Shown here piece by piece: positions 36,656 to 49,298 of a DNA stretch of 49,298 nucleotides. Position 1 is the stretch's first letter. Each line of letters starts with the position of its first letter. The stretch lies in the NCBI GenBank assembly GCA_051294375.1, contig CM119267.1:1305215-1354512 (forward strand), written 5' to 3'. Below the pieces are notes generated by a model. That model was not told where the DNA came from. It saw only the letters and a list, made by a program, of their open reading frames with translations, and made no database searches. The position numbers and the translations under genes were made by a program. The DNA is from Paraspadella gotoi (taxonomy: Eukaryota; Animalia; Chaetognatha).

Positions 36656-37632
36656 TTAAATCGAATATTTAATTTGATATTAATTAATTATTACCTCGAT
36701 GCTAACAGTTTTTATTTATAGTTTAGCTTAATGCCTCTTATTGAAATTTTGGCTTTTGAGTTAGTGTGTCTTGAGGTGAGTGACCAAATAAAATGACAAA
36801 ATATATTGTTTATAATCAAAACTAACAAGTTAGCCACTTGGGACCAATTTTATAAACGCGGAAAGCTTATTGTATTCTCAATGAGGCGCGCTTTGCGTCG
36901 GACAAGTCGCCCGTACGTTCACGTAGCCTACAGAGAATGGCGTCGTACGTCGTTGTTTCGTCGTCGTTGTCGTCGTCGTCGTCGGTACGTCGTCGTCGTC
37001 GAGAGGCGTCAAATTCAGTATTATTAGTTATCATCGAATTTTCCAAAGAATTTCTTTCTTCCTCTTGTTATTGTCTCAGTTGATTTCTTCAAAAAATAAA
37101 ACGAGGACGAAATAATTACAATTCATTAAGCCAATAATTAGCATTTGTCCAATACCCATTAAATTTTATTTAAGGGGAACGAATGCGTATCTCGCTTTGG
37201 TCTCACTTTTTCCTTCCCTGTTATCGTAGTCTCTTATTGATCCTCTTGGCTCGCTTAATCCAATCGCTCCGAAATCGCGTTTCGCTCTTTTGACGGCCGA
37301 TCGCTCTCGCCTTTTCCAGGTTTGATCAACTGATCACCTTTGACTTCTCAGCCCGATCGCCTGAGAAATTGCTTTCGCCTCCCCACTTAATTCTTCGAGA
37401 ATCGTTTCTATTATCACCGATCCAATCGCTTTAAAATCATTCTCGCGCCGATCCGCTTTAAAATCGTTCTCGCCCCGCATTCGCTTTAAAATCGCCAACA
37501 TCGCCATGGCTCATCGCCTTCAAGACCCGCCGCGTCTTTCCCGTCGTCAAAATCGCTGACGACTGCGATTCCACTCAGTTCTCTCTTTGACTTTTCAACG
37601 GACGTCTACGCTGTTCTGAGTGAATAGAGCAT

Positions 37633-37682
<50 letters not shown>

Positions 37683-37685
37683 CTC

Positions 37686-37717
<32 letters not shown>

Positions 37718-38240
37718 ATTTTTCCGGTAAAAACCTTAATAAATCATGAAGTGAGAGAGAAGGGGAAAGGAGCTAGCTGCCGAGGATGGCAAGACCGTAG
37801 GGTGATAGCGGATTAAATTATTGGTTTCGTATGAAATAATTACCACGCTGACCATTAAAAGCGAGATTTAAAATTGCTGAAAAAAGTATTATCTTAAGTA
37901 AGAAGACAGGATTTCGACTTGAAACCAAAGTGGCAATTATTTAAGAGAAAATAGATAAGAAGACTGGTGTTAATTTTGGACAGAATGAAATAGTACAAAA
38001 AATCAATAAAATCTATACAGGGCAGTCGAGCAGTCGTTAACGGAGTCATTAATATACTTTAAATTCAGATATTTGCAGAATTTTAAAAAAAAAACAAAAA
38101 CACCAAACAAAAGGCCAGAGCGCTCAACTCTTTTAACAAACCCGGCTTTGTTATCAAAGAAACTTTTTCTTTCATCTTAAACATAAATTCCTAAAACTAG
38201 AGAACGGTCCTCTTCATCCCAATCCCTCCCTCTTAAAAAG

Positions 38241-39117
38241 GTCTACGCCTCCTCTCCCGCTCCCGTGGTCGGCTCCTCGCTCTCGTCCTCTTCCTGTCCT
38301 CCTCCTTCATTCCCTCGTCTTCCTCCTCTACGGACAAATCGCCAATCTCGTCGCCAACTGGAAACTCGATTATTTCCCTTCCTGTGGGCAGAGCCGGCTG
38401 AGACGCGCGGGCGACGGTGCGGCGCAATTGACCGGGTTGGGGCTGTGTGTCTATCATTGTAGGACTATTTTGGCCGAGTTGTTGGGGAGGGAGAGGGGAG
38501 GAGGGAGGAAAGGAGGAAAGGAGAGAGAGGGAAAGAGGAGAGAGAAGAGAAGGAAATTGAGAGAGGAGGAGGGAAGAAGAGAAATAAGAGTGAGAAGAGA
38601 AAAAAGAGAGGAGAGGATAGAAAGAAAGGAGGAAGAGAAAAGGGATAAGAAAAAAGAAAAGAAGACGACGCGACGACGAGGATTGGAAGCAACACATTCT
38701 CACTCGATGCAACTGATTCAAGCATTTGCGAATACCCCCCCGATGCCGCAAATTTCTGTTGCAAACTGCAGCAATGTTTATCGCGTGGAGAATGGAACGG
38801 TAAAGCAGCAATTGTTTTCCTCGTAAGTTTGTTTTGGACAGGAGGAAAATTAGAAAAAGGGTGTTAAACATTAATTGTATATCTCTCTCTCTCTCTTCTC
38901 TCTCTCTTACATTCTCTATCCCATCTCTCATTCTCTCATTTCCACACCGACGAGCAGATTCACTCTTTCCTAGAAATGCTGCCCAACCGCTCCTCCTACC
39001 TCTTCCTCCTCCTCCTCCTCCCTCTATCGCCTCCGTCTTCCGCCTCCGATGCTTCTTTCCTCTGACTTCCGGTTTCGTCCAGAATCCGCGCCTTGCGACA
39101 AATGCTTCCCATCAGAG
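38241..39117 (+). CDS. Possible exons of an unidentified gene
   Basis: An open frame ...ANLVANWKLDYFPSCGQ...VENGTVKQQLFS ends at GTAAGT (38823), followed by an AG/GT-bounded segment 38974-39117. No domain recognised. Confidence 0.3.
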
Positions 39118-39578
39118 GTGAGAAATTGGTTCCATCAAGAGGGTGAGAATGGTTCTCATCAGAGGTGAGAATTAGTTCCCATTAGAGATGAGAAAGCGGT
39201 TTTCAACAGAGGTGAGAATGGGCTTCCCATTAGAGGTTAGAATGGGTTCCCATTCAGACGGGTGAAATGGGTTCTCATCAGAGGTGAGAAATGGTGTTCC
39301 CATCAAAGAGGTTGAGGAAATTAGTTCTCCCATTAGAGATGAGAAAGGGTTCAACAGAGGTGAGAATGGTTTCCCATTATAGGTTAGAATGGGTTCCCAT
39401 TAGATTGTGAGAAGTGGGGCTACATCAGAGGTGAGAATTGGGTTCCAAGTCAGAGGTGAGAATGGGTTCCGCATCCACAGAGTTGAGAAGAGTTTTCCCA
39501 TCAGAGGTGAGAATGGTTTTCCATCAGAAGATGAAAGAATAGTGTTCCCACAGAGGTGAGAAAAAAGGTTGCCCATCA
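39107..39578 (+). repeat. ~23-bp minisatellite (CCCATCAGAG|GTGAGAATGGGTT), ~20 units
   Basis: Directly visible; the first unit coincides with a candidate donor at 39117/39118. Confidence 0.9.
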
Positions 39579-40993
39579 AAATAAAATCAATAAATGATTG
39601 GGTATTTTCCTAAGATTAGCCCTTTTTTTGTTCATTTTAATTTCCTCATCTTGCAACGCGACAACCAAGGCACCCAATGGGACGCTCGGCGGCTACCAAG
39701 TCTTTGCAGTTGGCGCATCGAGGATCCGCTGGCGTCTGCATCAGTGGGCCTTGCGACGTTTTCCATTGCGTGGGCATTGCAGGATTTGGCGTTGTGGCAT
39801 TGTTGAGCGGGGATGGGAGGTGGAAGCGGTGGAGGCGAGAAAAAAGTATGGACGGAGGCGAAACGCGATCATGGAGGCGATGACGGAGGCGAACGCGAAA
39901 TGTAAGCGAACGATGCGGAAGCGACCACGAAAACCGAAGCGAGAGACAATGAAAAAAGAGAACAAGGACAAAGAAAAGGAGAACAAGGACAAAAAAAAGG
40001 AGAACCAAGGACAAAGAAAAGGAGAACAAGGACACAACGAAAAGGAGAACAAGGACAAAGAAAAGGAGAGAACAAAGGACAAAGAAGAATGACCTTCATC
40101 CCTCGCGAGTCGCCTTTTCCTCCCTTTCTCCCTCTCCTCTCCGCCTCTCTCATCTCCTCATTCCTTTCCCCTCAACTCCCCGTTCTCCTCGTCATCTTCC
40201 TCCGCTCTTCCTCAACGGGTCGTCGTCCGGCATCGCTTTCTCGTCTTACTTCGTCCTCGTTTCCTCAGACTGTCCTCAAATCCGCCCCTCTCTTCCTTCC
40301 TCTCTCGTCCCTCTGACCTCTCAGAGTCGCGACGCCGAGACGTTGGTCTTTTTCGTTTGGCGTCGGACGTGATAGGATGGGCGCAGCGAGGAAAGGGTTG
40401 CGAGAAGGGGAGAGATGGAAGTGTGGGAATGGGAAGTGTGGAGCATGGGAAGTGTGGGGATGGGAAGTCGTTGGGGATGGGAAGTGTGGAGATGCGGAAG
40501 TGTCGGATGATGGAAGTTGCGGAGATGGGAAGTGTAGAGACAACGCGAGTCGGAAACCAGGCGCCGTTCATGCTCGTCCTCGAGCTCCAGCCTCTGGCGC
40601 TCTTTTTTTTCTCGCGGACGTCGCCATCTCTTTCGCTCTCTTTTATTTTCGGCGGGCCGGCGAAATTAATTTTCGATGAAGTTTCTCGACGTGAATCGCC
40701 GCGACGTTTTATTCCCCGACGGCACTCACGCACCTTGGTGCACACTCACCGAGGTCGAGTGGAAGGGAAAGTGGACTCGAGAAGAATCCATTTGAAATTA
40801 GTCAAAACGGCAAAGATACCTTTAGTAAACATTTAATATTTTGATTAGAGAAAACTAAAGTTTCTTTTAACAAACACACGGATTTATTTTATGAATGACA
40901 TAAAAAATCAATTAGTCATATTCTCGACCTTCTAAGTCCGCCGCGGTGGTAGTGACTTATAACTTTCTCTCCTTCTCTCTCTCTTCTCTCCTT

Positions 40994-41025
<32 letters not shown>

Positions 41026-41587
41026 GTGAAGTTGTTTGAGACTTCGCGCCCAGCGGAGGACCAACGTCGTTGGAGTTCGCACCGAAGAAATGTACTAACT
41101 TGAGTCGCACGAGAAAAAGTAGATATCGAATATTTTAAACGTTTAAATTGACTTATTGAACAATCCCTTAGGAGACTCGTAAGAAAGCGAAGTTTCTTTT
41201 TTCCGGTACCGCCAAGTGAAGCAATTTTGGTGATGAGTCCAAAAGAAAACTAAAAAGTGCGAACTCGGGAAATCGAGGCGGTCGAGAAAGAGACACAGAT
41301 ACTACTTTTCAAAAACGTCGTTATTCTGAACAGAGGCGAGCCTAACATCTTTACTCTCTCTCTCTCTCTTTCTCTCTCTCAGATCCTGATTCACGCGAAA
41401 TTGGAAGCAAATTTATCTTAAACTGACGGATATCTGGACTGGTGTGTTTTGAAGTTTGAAAGGTTGGCTGACGAGTCCAAATGGAAGGCGATCATGAGAG
41501 GAAATATCCAGAAAATTCAAGAGGTAATTTATGTGTCTGTCTGTCTGTCTGGTCTGTCTGGTCTGTTTCGTCTGGTCTTGTCTGTCT

Positions 41588-41620
<33 letters not shown>

Positions 41621-42239
41621 TCTGTCTGACTGACGTTTCTATTCTGCATTCGTGTAGTGAGTTCCTCCTACCGTAGTGTGTTAAAATCCCTAAATCTCGC
41701 TTTAAGAATCAAAAACTATACAAGGTTAAGAAAATGGAACAACGTAATAGTTACCCCAAACAATAGTAATGTTATTTCAGTATAATTAGCAAATATTCCG
41801 CCACTTGAGCAAAATTTTTATACATTATTTAGTATTAATATCTCTTGTAAATGTTTAATTTAAAAAATTCGATTAGTTTGTTTGTCAATAATAATTAATT
41901 AAAGAAAACGTAACGTGTAAAAAATTAACCCAACACCTCCCCCCCGAACTTTCCTCCCCCCAACACTGCCCCTCCACCAGTGTCGCTCTTCGACGAATCC
42001 AAAACTTCGAACAGCCTCCAACTTCGCGTCGGGAACTTCGACTTCCTCAACCGCCTCGTCCGACTTTCCACGCCGTCTTCGTACGTCGTCGACGTCGTCG
42101 TCGCGTCGTTTTCGGCGTCGTTCTTTCGTCCGCCATCGACCTCGACTGGCCGCGGAACCGGACGTCGTCAAGCGGCAGCTCTCTCAAGCCACGGCGTTGC
42201 TTCCGGTTTGATTGGTGGTTGTAGGACTTCGTTAACATC

Positions 42240-42700
42240 ATTCTTGTGGTCGTCGTTATCGTCATTGTGGTTTCATCATTCTTGTGGCTTTGATGTTGTG
42301 ATCGTCGTTTTCCAGCTTCTCGAGCAGCCTCAGTCTATTGTTTGTGATTAGGACAATCATCTTTGACAAAGACTTTGTGGTTGTTCATATATGGTTTGTC
42401 GTGCCGTCGTTTGTCGTGGGTTGTTGTCAGTGTGGTTGTCGTCGTCGTCGTCGTCTAAGCTTCAGTCATCGTGAGTCGTTGGTTCATCGGTCGTCCGTTT
42501 CGTCGTCCATGTTGTGGTCGTCATTGTGGTCATTCCATTTGGTCCGTCTCCTTGTGGTCGATCATTGTGGTCGTCTCATTGATGCTTTCATTGTGGTCGT
42601 CAGTTGTGGTCATCATGTGGTCGTCCATCTGTGGTCCGCATTATGGTTCGTCATTGTGGTCTCATTGTGGTCGACATTGTGCGTCGGCACTGTGGTTCGT
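42240..42700. repeat. Degenerate 12-bp repeat (ATTGTGGTCGTC); possibly a Thr- or Asp/His-rich coding tract on the minus strand
   Basis: Recurrent tcattgtggtcg units; no continuous frame. Confidence 0.65.
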
Positions 42701-43056
42701 CTTGGTCGTCTTCATGCTGGTTTCCTCCACAGACGGACCGTCATCCTTCAACCAATTTCGTCGTCGATCTTTCGACTTCACGAAGCGGAAACTCGCGTCC
42801 TCTCGTTGCTAGGCAACTGGAACCGACAACTCTGCGGACGACCGACTTGCGTTGGAGCCGTATGAGGTTGGTGGACAGAGAGAGAGAGAGAAAAAAAAAA
42901 GAAAAGAAAGAAAATTATGCACTATACAGTGGAGACACAAAGAAATTGAATGATTGGTAGATTGAATGAAATTTTTAATTGATATGCTCGCTTGATCGAC
43001 TGATTGTTTGATGATTGGGTTTAAAGCCAATCATCTCTTAAAAACTCCCAGGGCAG

Positions 43057-43330
43057 ATGCCACGCCCTCTCTCGTCGGATGCCTGCCTGGCCTTTCAAAA
43101 GCTGGAGCCGCCTTACGACGAATCGGAACGAGTCAAAGAGCGCGTTTACCGTGACGCTCTGGGCGGCGCTTTCGGGTGGAGCGGTGGTCGGTCTTGTCAT
43201 TGGCGCACCGCGCGTGTTGACGCCGATTGGCGTTCACTGTTGTGGGCCGTACGGGCGTTGGCTGATCGCGAAGCGTCCTGTCATTCTCGTTCTTAGCCTC
43301 ATCCTCGATCAGTCTCACGTCGCTTCGTTT
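43057..43330 (+). CDS. Possible frameshifted exon of an MFS-type transporter
   Basis: After a CAG acceptor, hydrophobic TLWAALSGGAVVGLVIGA is followed, across frames, by a G..LADR..R-like motif and VILVLSLIL. Weak evidence. Confidence 0.25.
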
Positions 43331-45675
43331 CAGCCGATTTCGATGGCGTACCCCTTACGCCACGGGAATGACCCCGTGGCGCCACCACGATACGTCGACA
43401 CGCTGGGAGCGTGCTCGGAAGATCGATGGACGGCGGTTGGAGGCGAGCGGCGGCGAAGCGGAGGATGAGTTGATAGTTTCGTAATCGTTAGTTTAGAGCT
43501 GTCTTACTTTTGCTAAAGATATTGTAAAAAGTGCTTTGGTAAATATTTGTTATCTCGATTGTTGCTTAACATTAAAAACGAATTCAAACGCTTTTTTTCG
43601 TTTCTTTCCTTTGTAACGGAAGAAATTTTTTTTTTTTTAAAGTTAAAAAAAATTGTAACGATTGAGACGAGAGAGGGTGAGTCCACAAGGTGAGGACGGA
43701 GATAAAAGGAGGAGGGCGGGAAAGCGATTCCCCCCCGTGAAAGGGGTGGGCGGATTTTTTCTACGCGGAATCGCCTTTTTTCCGCGCAAGCTGCGAAGTT
43801 CGGAAGAATAGAGATGAGGAGAGAGACAGGGAAATAGAAGCGAGGAGAAGATATATAAGTCAAAAGGAGAAAAAGTGAGAGAGAGAGAGACCTGAGAAAT
43901 GTACCACCGCGACTATCGTAAAAATTTTTAATGTTTTCACCTGGTTGTAATTAAAGAAATAAAAATCAAATAAACTCAAAAACTACCTCATTCTTCTTAT
44001 AACTTTACGCTAAAGCCAAATGGTTTCAGCGCCGAGCTGGCGAGTTGTTTGTAGCGTTAGGATGGCCTACAAAATGTTCAAATTTTTTCAAAGCGGACAT
44101 ATAAGATTACCATGTACATTATTGTATTTTCTGAATCGAATTTATTCAAAAAAACATTTCTCTTAATCGAATAAATTATTGATACATTCCAATACAGATA
44201 TTAAATGAAAACAGAAGTCAAACTAATATAATAATTATAGATTTATTCAATGTAATAAGACTATCTTTCCCTGAGTTTGTTCAGATAATAATATAATAAT
44301 GATATAAATATTTTGACGTTATTTCTCCCGTTTTGCTCAAAGCCTTGAATGACAACGTTGAAGACAGAATTGGAATCTGTTGGACACCAAAATTGAAATC
44401 TCGAATGGATAATCTTAGAATTTAACGATCTTGGATTTACTTCTCGACTTAAAATAACAATTCATGAATCTTCTCATCGAATCGAATTTTCTCGAGTTGA
44501 AACTTCCAGGACAGACAGGTTTAAATTCTTTTTAAGAGCGGTTTTTAAGGAATAAGCGGTCAGGGTCAGGATAGTTCAAGAAAGGTCAAGGAAGGTCATG
44601 AAGGTTCAAGAAGGTCAAGGAAGGTCCAAGGAAGGTCAGGAAGGTTAAGGAAGTCTCAAGAAAGGGTAAGATTGATTTCGGTTTTTTGAGGGAGAATTTG
44701 AGGATTTTCTTAAGGATTTTGATGTTTTCAGAGTCAGTTTTTAAGATTTTTTTGAATTAAAAATTTTTTACGTTAACCTTTTAATATTTTAGGGATGTGT
44801 ATATAGACATGAGTTTGTTTAATGGCGTTTTCAATAGTAAATGACTAAAATTTTCATTTTCATTATTGTAGTATAATTACTTTTATCAAAGTTTTGATTT
44901 ATAACTATGGGTTTTTTTACTGTGTTTTGAAGAGTAATGAAGAGAGAGAGAGGAAAGAGAGGAGAGCGAGAACAGACAGAGACAGAGGGTCACCTCTCCC
45001 CCCATCCCCTAATTAGGATAGGCCTGGTCTCCATGACCAGTCGGCGAGCGGCTGAATCTTCTCCTTCACGACGAATTCGACGTCGTTCGAAGCATCAACG
45101 TTCGCCGTCAGAACCGCTCGTGTCGGACGATTTCGTTCGAATGCGTGGTTACTCGGGCGCCACCGATCATTCTCGTTCCGCTCCGCCGCTGGTCGGCGAC
45201 CGAAATTTCTACGGCGCCGTTTAGCTTCCGATGACGCCCGTCGTCGTCAGCCTCGGCGTCGTGGGTGGCCTCGCTTGGCGCGGGCGGGCGTCGCGCGACC
45301 GAAGACGGATTCCGGCGCGCGCGCTCGAACGACTCTAGTGCGGCGTCAGGATCGGGCGCCACTTTCTCGCTTTCCCCGTCGGCGTCGAAGGCGGACGGAA
45401 TGTGGCGTCTTCGCCAGGAGGACAGCGTCGTTGGAATCGGCTTTCGCCGGATGTGGAAGTCTTTCGCCGGAGCCGTCGGAGGACTGCGCGTTGGGAAGAT
45501 CTCCGGGAAGAAGGAGGTTGCTTGGAGGATTTTCAACGGACGGAGATTTATCGAATTGAAAGATTAACGGAATCGCGGGAGAAGACGGCGGAGAATTTGC
45601 GGCTCTTCACGTCTTCGATTTGACCGCGCCGGGTTTTGGCGCATTGCTTGGCGCGCTCTTTTATGGCCGTTTACG

Positions 45676-45758
45676 GGTACCGGGATCGATCGTTCCAATG
45701 GTGGGCAGTGAGAAGGGCGGTAAACCGCCTGAGGGCCTGGGAAAACCCGTCTAGGTTC
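45676..45758 (+). mobile_element. Structured module, family 2 diverged copy C
   Basis: GGTACCGGGATC...GGCGG-TAAA-CCGCC-TGAGGG-CCTGGG-AAAACCCG-TCTAGG has the same layout as the 19.1 kb and 26.8 kb modules, with compensatory changes. Confidence 0.5.
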
Positions 45759-46939
45759 TTTGATTCGGCGTGGCTGCGAGAAGGGCATTAAAAGAATGTT
45801 GGCGGTTAGCACTCTTCAGCACACTTGCGCGGCCGTCGTTGCAACAATTCTGACTCACCCTTATTAGTTGGATGAACAAATTCGAGGAGACGCATATAAA
45901 ATCGACTATTAACAGATTTTGGATATTCTTGTCGACACAAACATGTCCCGCCCAAAAGGTAATGGGCATGCCATAGGCTTACATAAATGAATAACTAGTA
46001 GATTGCTATGTACCAATTATACTAGCAGAGAAATCGGACGGTGAATACAATTTTGTTTAAATACATCCGATGGTCTTTGCTTACGATGAAAAAAATTAAC
46101 AAATTAATGTAGGCGTCATTTTTCTTTGATTCTTCTTGATGGAGTAGAATGAATAAACGAGGTATACATCCTTGTCAAACTGTTACCAATTGAAATAAAT
46201 TTGTTCTTAACTTGAAAAAAGAGGAGAAAAAATAATTGAAGTTGATGTATTAATATCACTTATCGGGTTTAATGATTTAAAACTAATCTGATTCGCCATC
46301 TTCTTTTTGTTTATTTCAATTTAAATCCGCGAAAGATACATATTAATTATATAAAATCAAAGACCATATTCGCTAGTACATCTTGAAATTGCTAAGAATA
46401 ATTCATCTCTAACTTCACTTTGTATATTTTGCATGAAAATAAGTCAAGCGATTTAAGAAGGAGATAAAAAATAGACCAAAAAAAAAAACATTTTTTAAAT
46501 TATAAGCATCGAGAACATTTAACAGAGGAGAGAAGGGAGAGGAAAGAGGAAGAGAGAGGGAGGAGAGAAAGAGGAGAAAGAGAAGAAAGGAGAGAGAGAG
46601 GAAGGAGAGGATGTAAGAAGATAAGGAGAGGGGAGACGGGAGAAAGCGTTAAGTCAATTGCATTTTAGAATATCGGAATGAGAAGCGAGGAGAAAGAAGC
46701 AGGGAAAGAGTGAAAAAATGATAGAACGTAAGGCGATTTACCAAGCTCTTGAGGCGATTACCAAGCTTTTTAAGCCGACTTACCAAGCTCTTAAGCCGAA
46801 GTTCCAAAGATCTTTGGTAAGTTCATCTCAGCAACCTCATTTCGTTGGAATGAAAAACGAAAAAAAAAAGACAAAGAAGATATTTTTATGTGGAGAATCT
46901 GTAGATAATAAAGTCGCGCGTTTTTGATCAAAATTGATC

Positions 46940-47400
46940 ACCACTTCGATCACACTTTCGATCCACCACTTTTGATCCCATTTTTTGAATCCCATGCTTT
47001 TTTAAATCCTCGCTTTGAAAAACCCCACTTTACGCTATCACCACTTTTAAATCATCCCTCAAATCGTCCACTTTTAAATGCCTCACTTTTTGATCCCCAC
47101 TTTTTATAAATCCTCACTTCAAATCCCCACCTTTTAAATCATTATGTCAAATCCCCCCTTTTTTGATGCCCACTTTAAAATTCTTTACTTCAAATCCCCA
47201 CTTTTTAAATCCTCACTTTCAATCCCAACTTTTGATCCCCACTTTAAATTCCTCAACCTCACTTACAAAATCCGCACTTTTCTAAATCCTCACTTCCACA
47301 ATCCCCACATACCTTGATGTCCCACTTCACGTTTTAGCACATCCTTCACTTCAAATCCCATCTTCGATTCCCAACTTTCATAATTCGATCCCTGCGACTT
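46940..47400. repeat. Degenerate minisatellite (AAATCCCCACTTT-like)
   Basis: Recurrent atcc(c/t)cactt units. Confidence 0.75.
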
Positions 47401-47704
47401 CATCTTTTTTTCTTGGATTTCCATCTTCAATTTCGCTGTTTCATCCACGAAGATACTTCGCATTCCGTCACCGCGAACAGTCTCTCTTCTCCTCGTCTAC
47501 CCTCCTCCTTGTCGGTGTCCTCCATGTCCCGTCCTCGCCCTCTCCCCTCTGACTCCTCTCGCGGGCAGATAATCTGCCAACGGAGGGTCGGTCCTCACCC
47601 AGTTTGCATAGGTGTTGGGCGACGGGATCGAAGCGTACCTAAAAGGGAAAAATAACAACCATACATATACTAATTTATGGTGTTCAATCTCTCTGCTTGG
47701 GGTT

Positions 47705-47830
47705 NNNNNNNNNNNNNNNNNNNNNNNNNGACATGACGCGCCGCCTCTCAGTCAGTGAGGAAAACAATCAGGACAAAGAAGGAAAACAAAAGGCCTCTCC
47801 TTTGGCAAAGTTCTTTCATTNNNNNNNNNN
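47705..47830. other. Assembly gaps (N at 47705-47729 and 47821-47830) enclosing a short redundant fragment
   Basis: N runs; 47754-47820 is repeated with a few substitutions at 47831-47897. Confidence 0.95.
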
Positions 47831-49298
47831 AGTGAGGAAAACAATCCGGATAAAGAAGGAAAACAAAAGGCCTCTCCTTTTGCAAAGTTCTTTCATTACA
47901 AAAACAGAGCGGATGAGGTTAGTAAAAACCATTATTTTTTATTATCTTTACATCACGACAACTTAAAAAAAAAAAAAAATTATTGGTACGATAACCTCCA
48001 TAAGTTTTGTTAGGCGACTTTCAAGATAATAACATAGCTGGATCGAGAATCTCCCTCATTAGTTTATTAATTCCCGCAATGAATTTTTTCTTTCCTCTCT
48101 CCCTCTCCCCCCCCTCTCTCTCTCTTCTCTCTCTCTCTCTCTCTCTCTAGATGCTCTCCCGAAGAGGGTGTTACATGTCCAACATTCTGTCGCTCTTCAT
48201 TCCTCTCTTGATGGTCATTTTCGGCGTCGTGTTTGTCTCCAACTGCGAAATTCAACCAATGATTCCAATTTATCTCATCGTCGGTGGAATCTTTTCCGCT
48301 TTGGAAGTTTTATATCGGATCGGGAGGTGAGCGGGGAAAGACCTTAAGGGGATGCGACTGAGGACAGTTGAGCAGGAAAGACCTTAGAGGATGGACTGTG
48401 GAGGTGAGCGGGGAAAGACTTTAAGGGGATGGACTGTGTGAGGTCGAGGCGGGGAAAGACCTTAAGGGGATGAACGGTGGAGGTGAGCGGGGAAAGACCT
48501 TAAAGGGATGGACTGTGGAGGTGAGCGGGGAAAGACCTTAAAGGGATGGACTGAGGAGTGAGCAGGGAAAGACCTTAAGGGGATGGACTGTGGAGGGAGC
48601 GGGGAAAGACTTAAGGGGATGGACTGTGGAGGTGAGCGGGGAAAGACCTTAAGGGGATGGACTGAGGAGGTGAGCAGCGGGAGACCTTAAGGGGATGGAC
48701 TGTGGAGGTGAGCGGGGAAAGACCTTAAGGGATGGACTGTGGAGGTGAGCGGGGAAAGACCTTAAGGGGATGGACTGTGGAGTGAGCGGGGAAAGACCTT
48801 AAGGGGACGGACTGTGGAGGTGAGCGGGAAAGACCTTAAAGGGATGGACTGTGGAGGTGAGTGGGGAAAGACTTAAGGGGATGGACTGAGGGAGGTGAGC
48901 AGGAAAGACCTTAAGGGGATGGACTGTGGAGGTAAGCGGGGGAAGACTTTAAGGGGATGGACTGTGGAGGTGAGCGAGGAAAGACCTTAAAGGGATGGCT
49001 GTGGAGGTGAGCGGGGAAAGACCTTAAGGGGATAGGACTCGTGGAGGTGACGAGGATTTTGACTGTGGATTGAAGACTGTGGACTGGGAACGATGGACTG
49101 GGGACTATGGACTTGGGATTATGGACTGGGGGCAATTGACTGGAACAATTAATTGGGGACGATGAACAGTGGATTAGTCGGTCTTGGGCTTTAAGCCTTA
49201 GTCCTAAGAAGTAAGCAGTAAAAATTATATGTCTATGTATTAGTCAGTAAGAACAATATACAACTGATAAGGGTTAAGGGCTTAAGACTAACGACTAA
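47730..49298 (+). repeat. Near-identical second copy of 30659-32157 (TMEM272-like exons 2-3 plus the 38-bp array)
   Basis: Collinear throughout, including the order of minisatellite unit variants; differences are mostly small indels. Confidence 0.93.

Noticed and set aside
41170-41523. Possible PH-domain-like exons (WKQIYLKL...YLDW)
   Set aside because: Requires several frameshifts and the similarity is too weak to call.
44990-45660. GC-rich, exon-like stretch with ORFs on both strands
   Set aside because: No recognisable domain or clear splice boundaries; strand cannot be decided. The same applies to 27080-27570 and 39650-40750.

Overview
Eukaryotic, invertebrate-like animal genomic DNA: AT-rich introns, dense microsatellites, two N gaps and scattered indels that look like sequencing errors. 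Spliced genes I could reconstruct by hand are the 3' end of a class B GPCR, three internal exons of an NBP35/NUBP-family ATPase, a C2H2 zinc-finger array, a TACC coiled-coil gene, a TMEM272-like gene (partly repeated at the window end), and a phase-consistent 13-exon minus-strand gene (24601-18475, ~718 aa). That last gene joins a TIR domain carrying the predicted catalytic Glu to two CCHC zinc knuckles, a Q/H-rich repeat region and a terminal WVVL. Two non-coding patterns stand out. First, five dispersed GC-rich structured modules have covarying stems; two are ~235-bp TG...TA elements with 4-bp target-site duplications, and an empty-site copy is present in the window. Second, tandem arrays repeatedly begin exactly at exon-intron junctions and reiterate the 5' splice site. 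All family assignments come from motif recognition; no searches were run.
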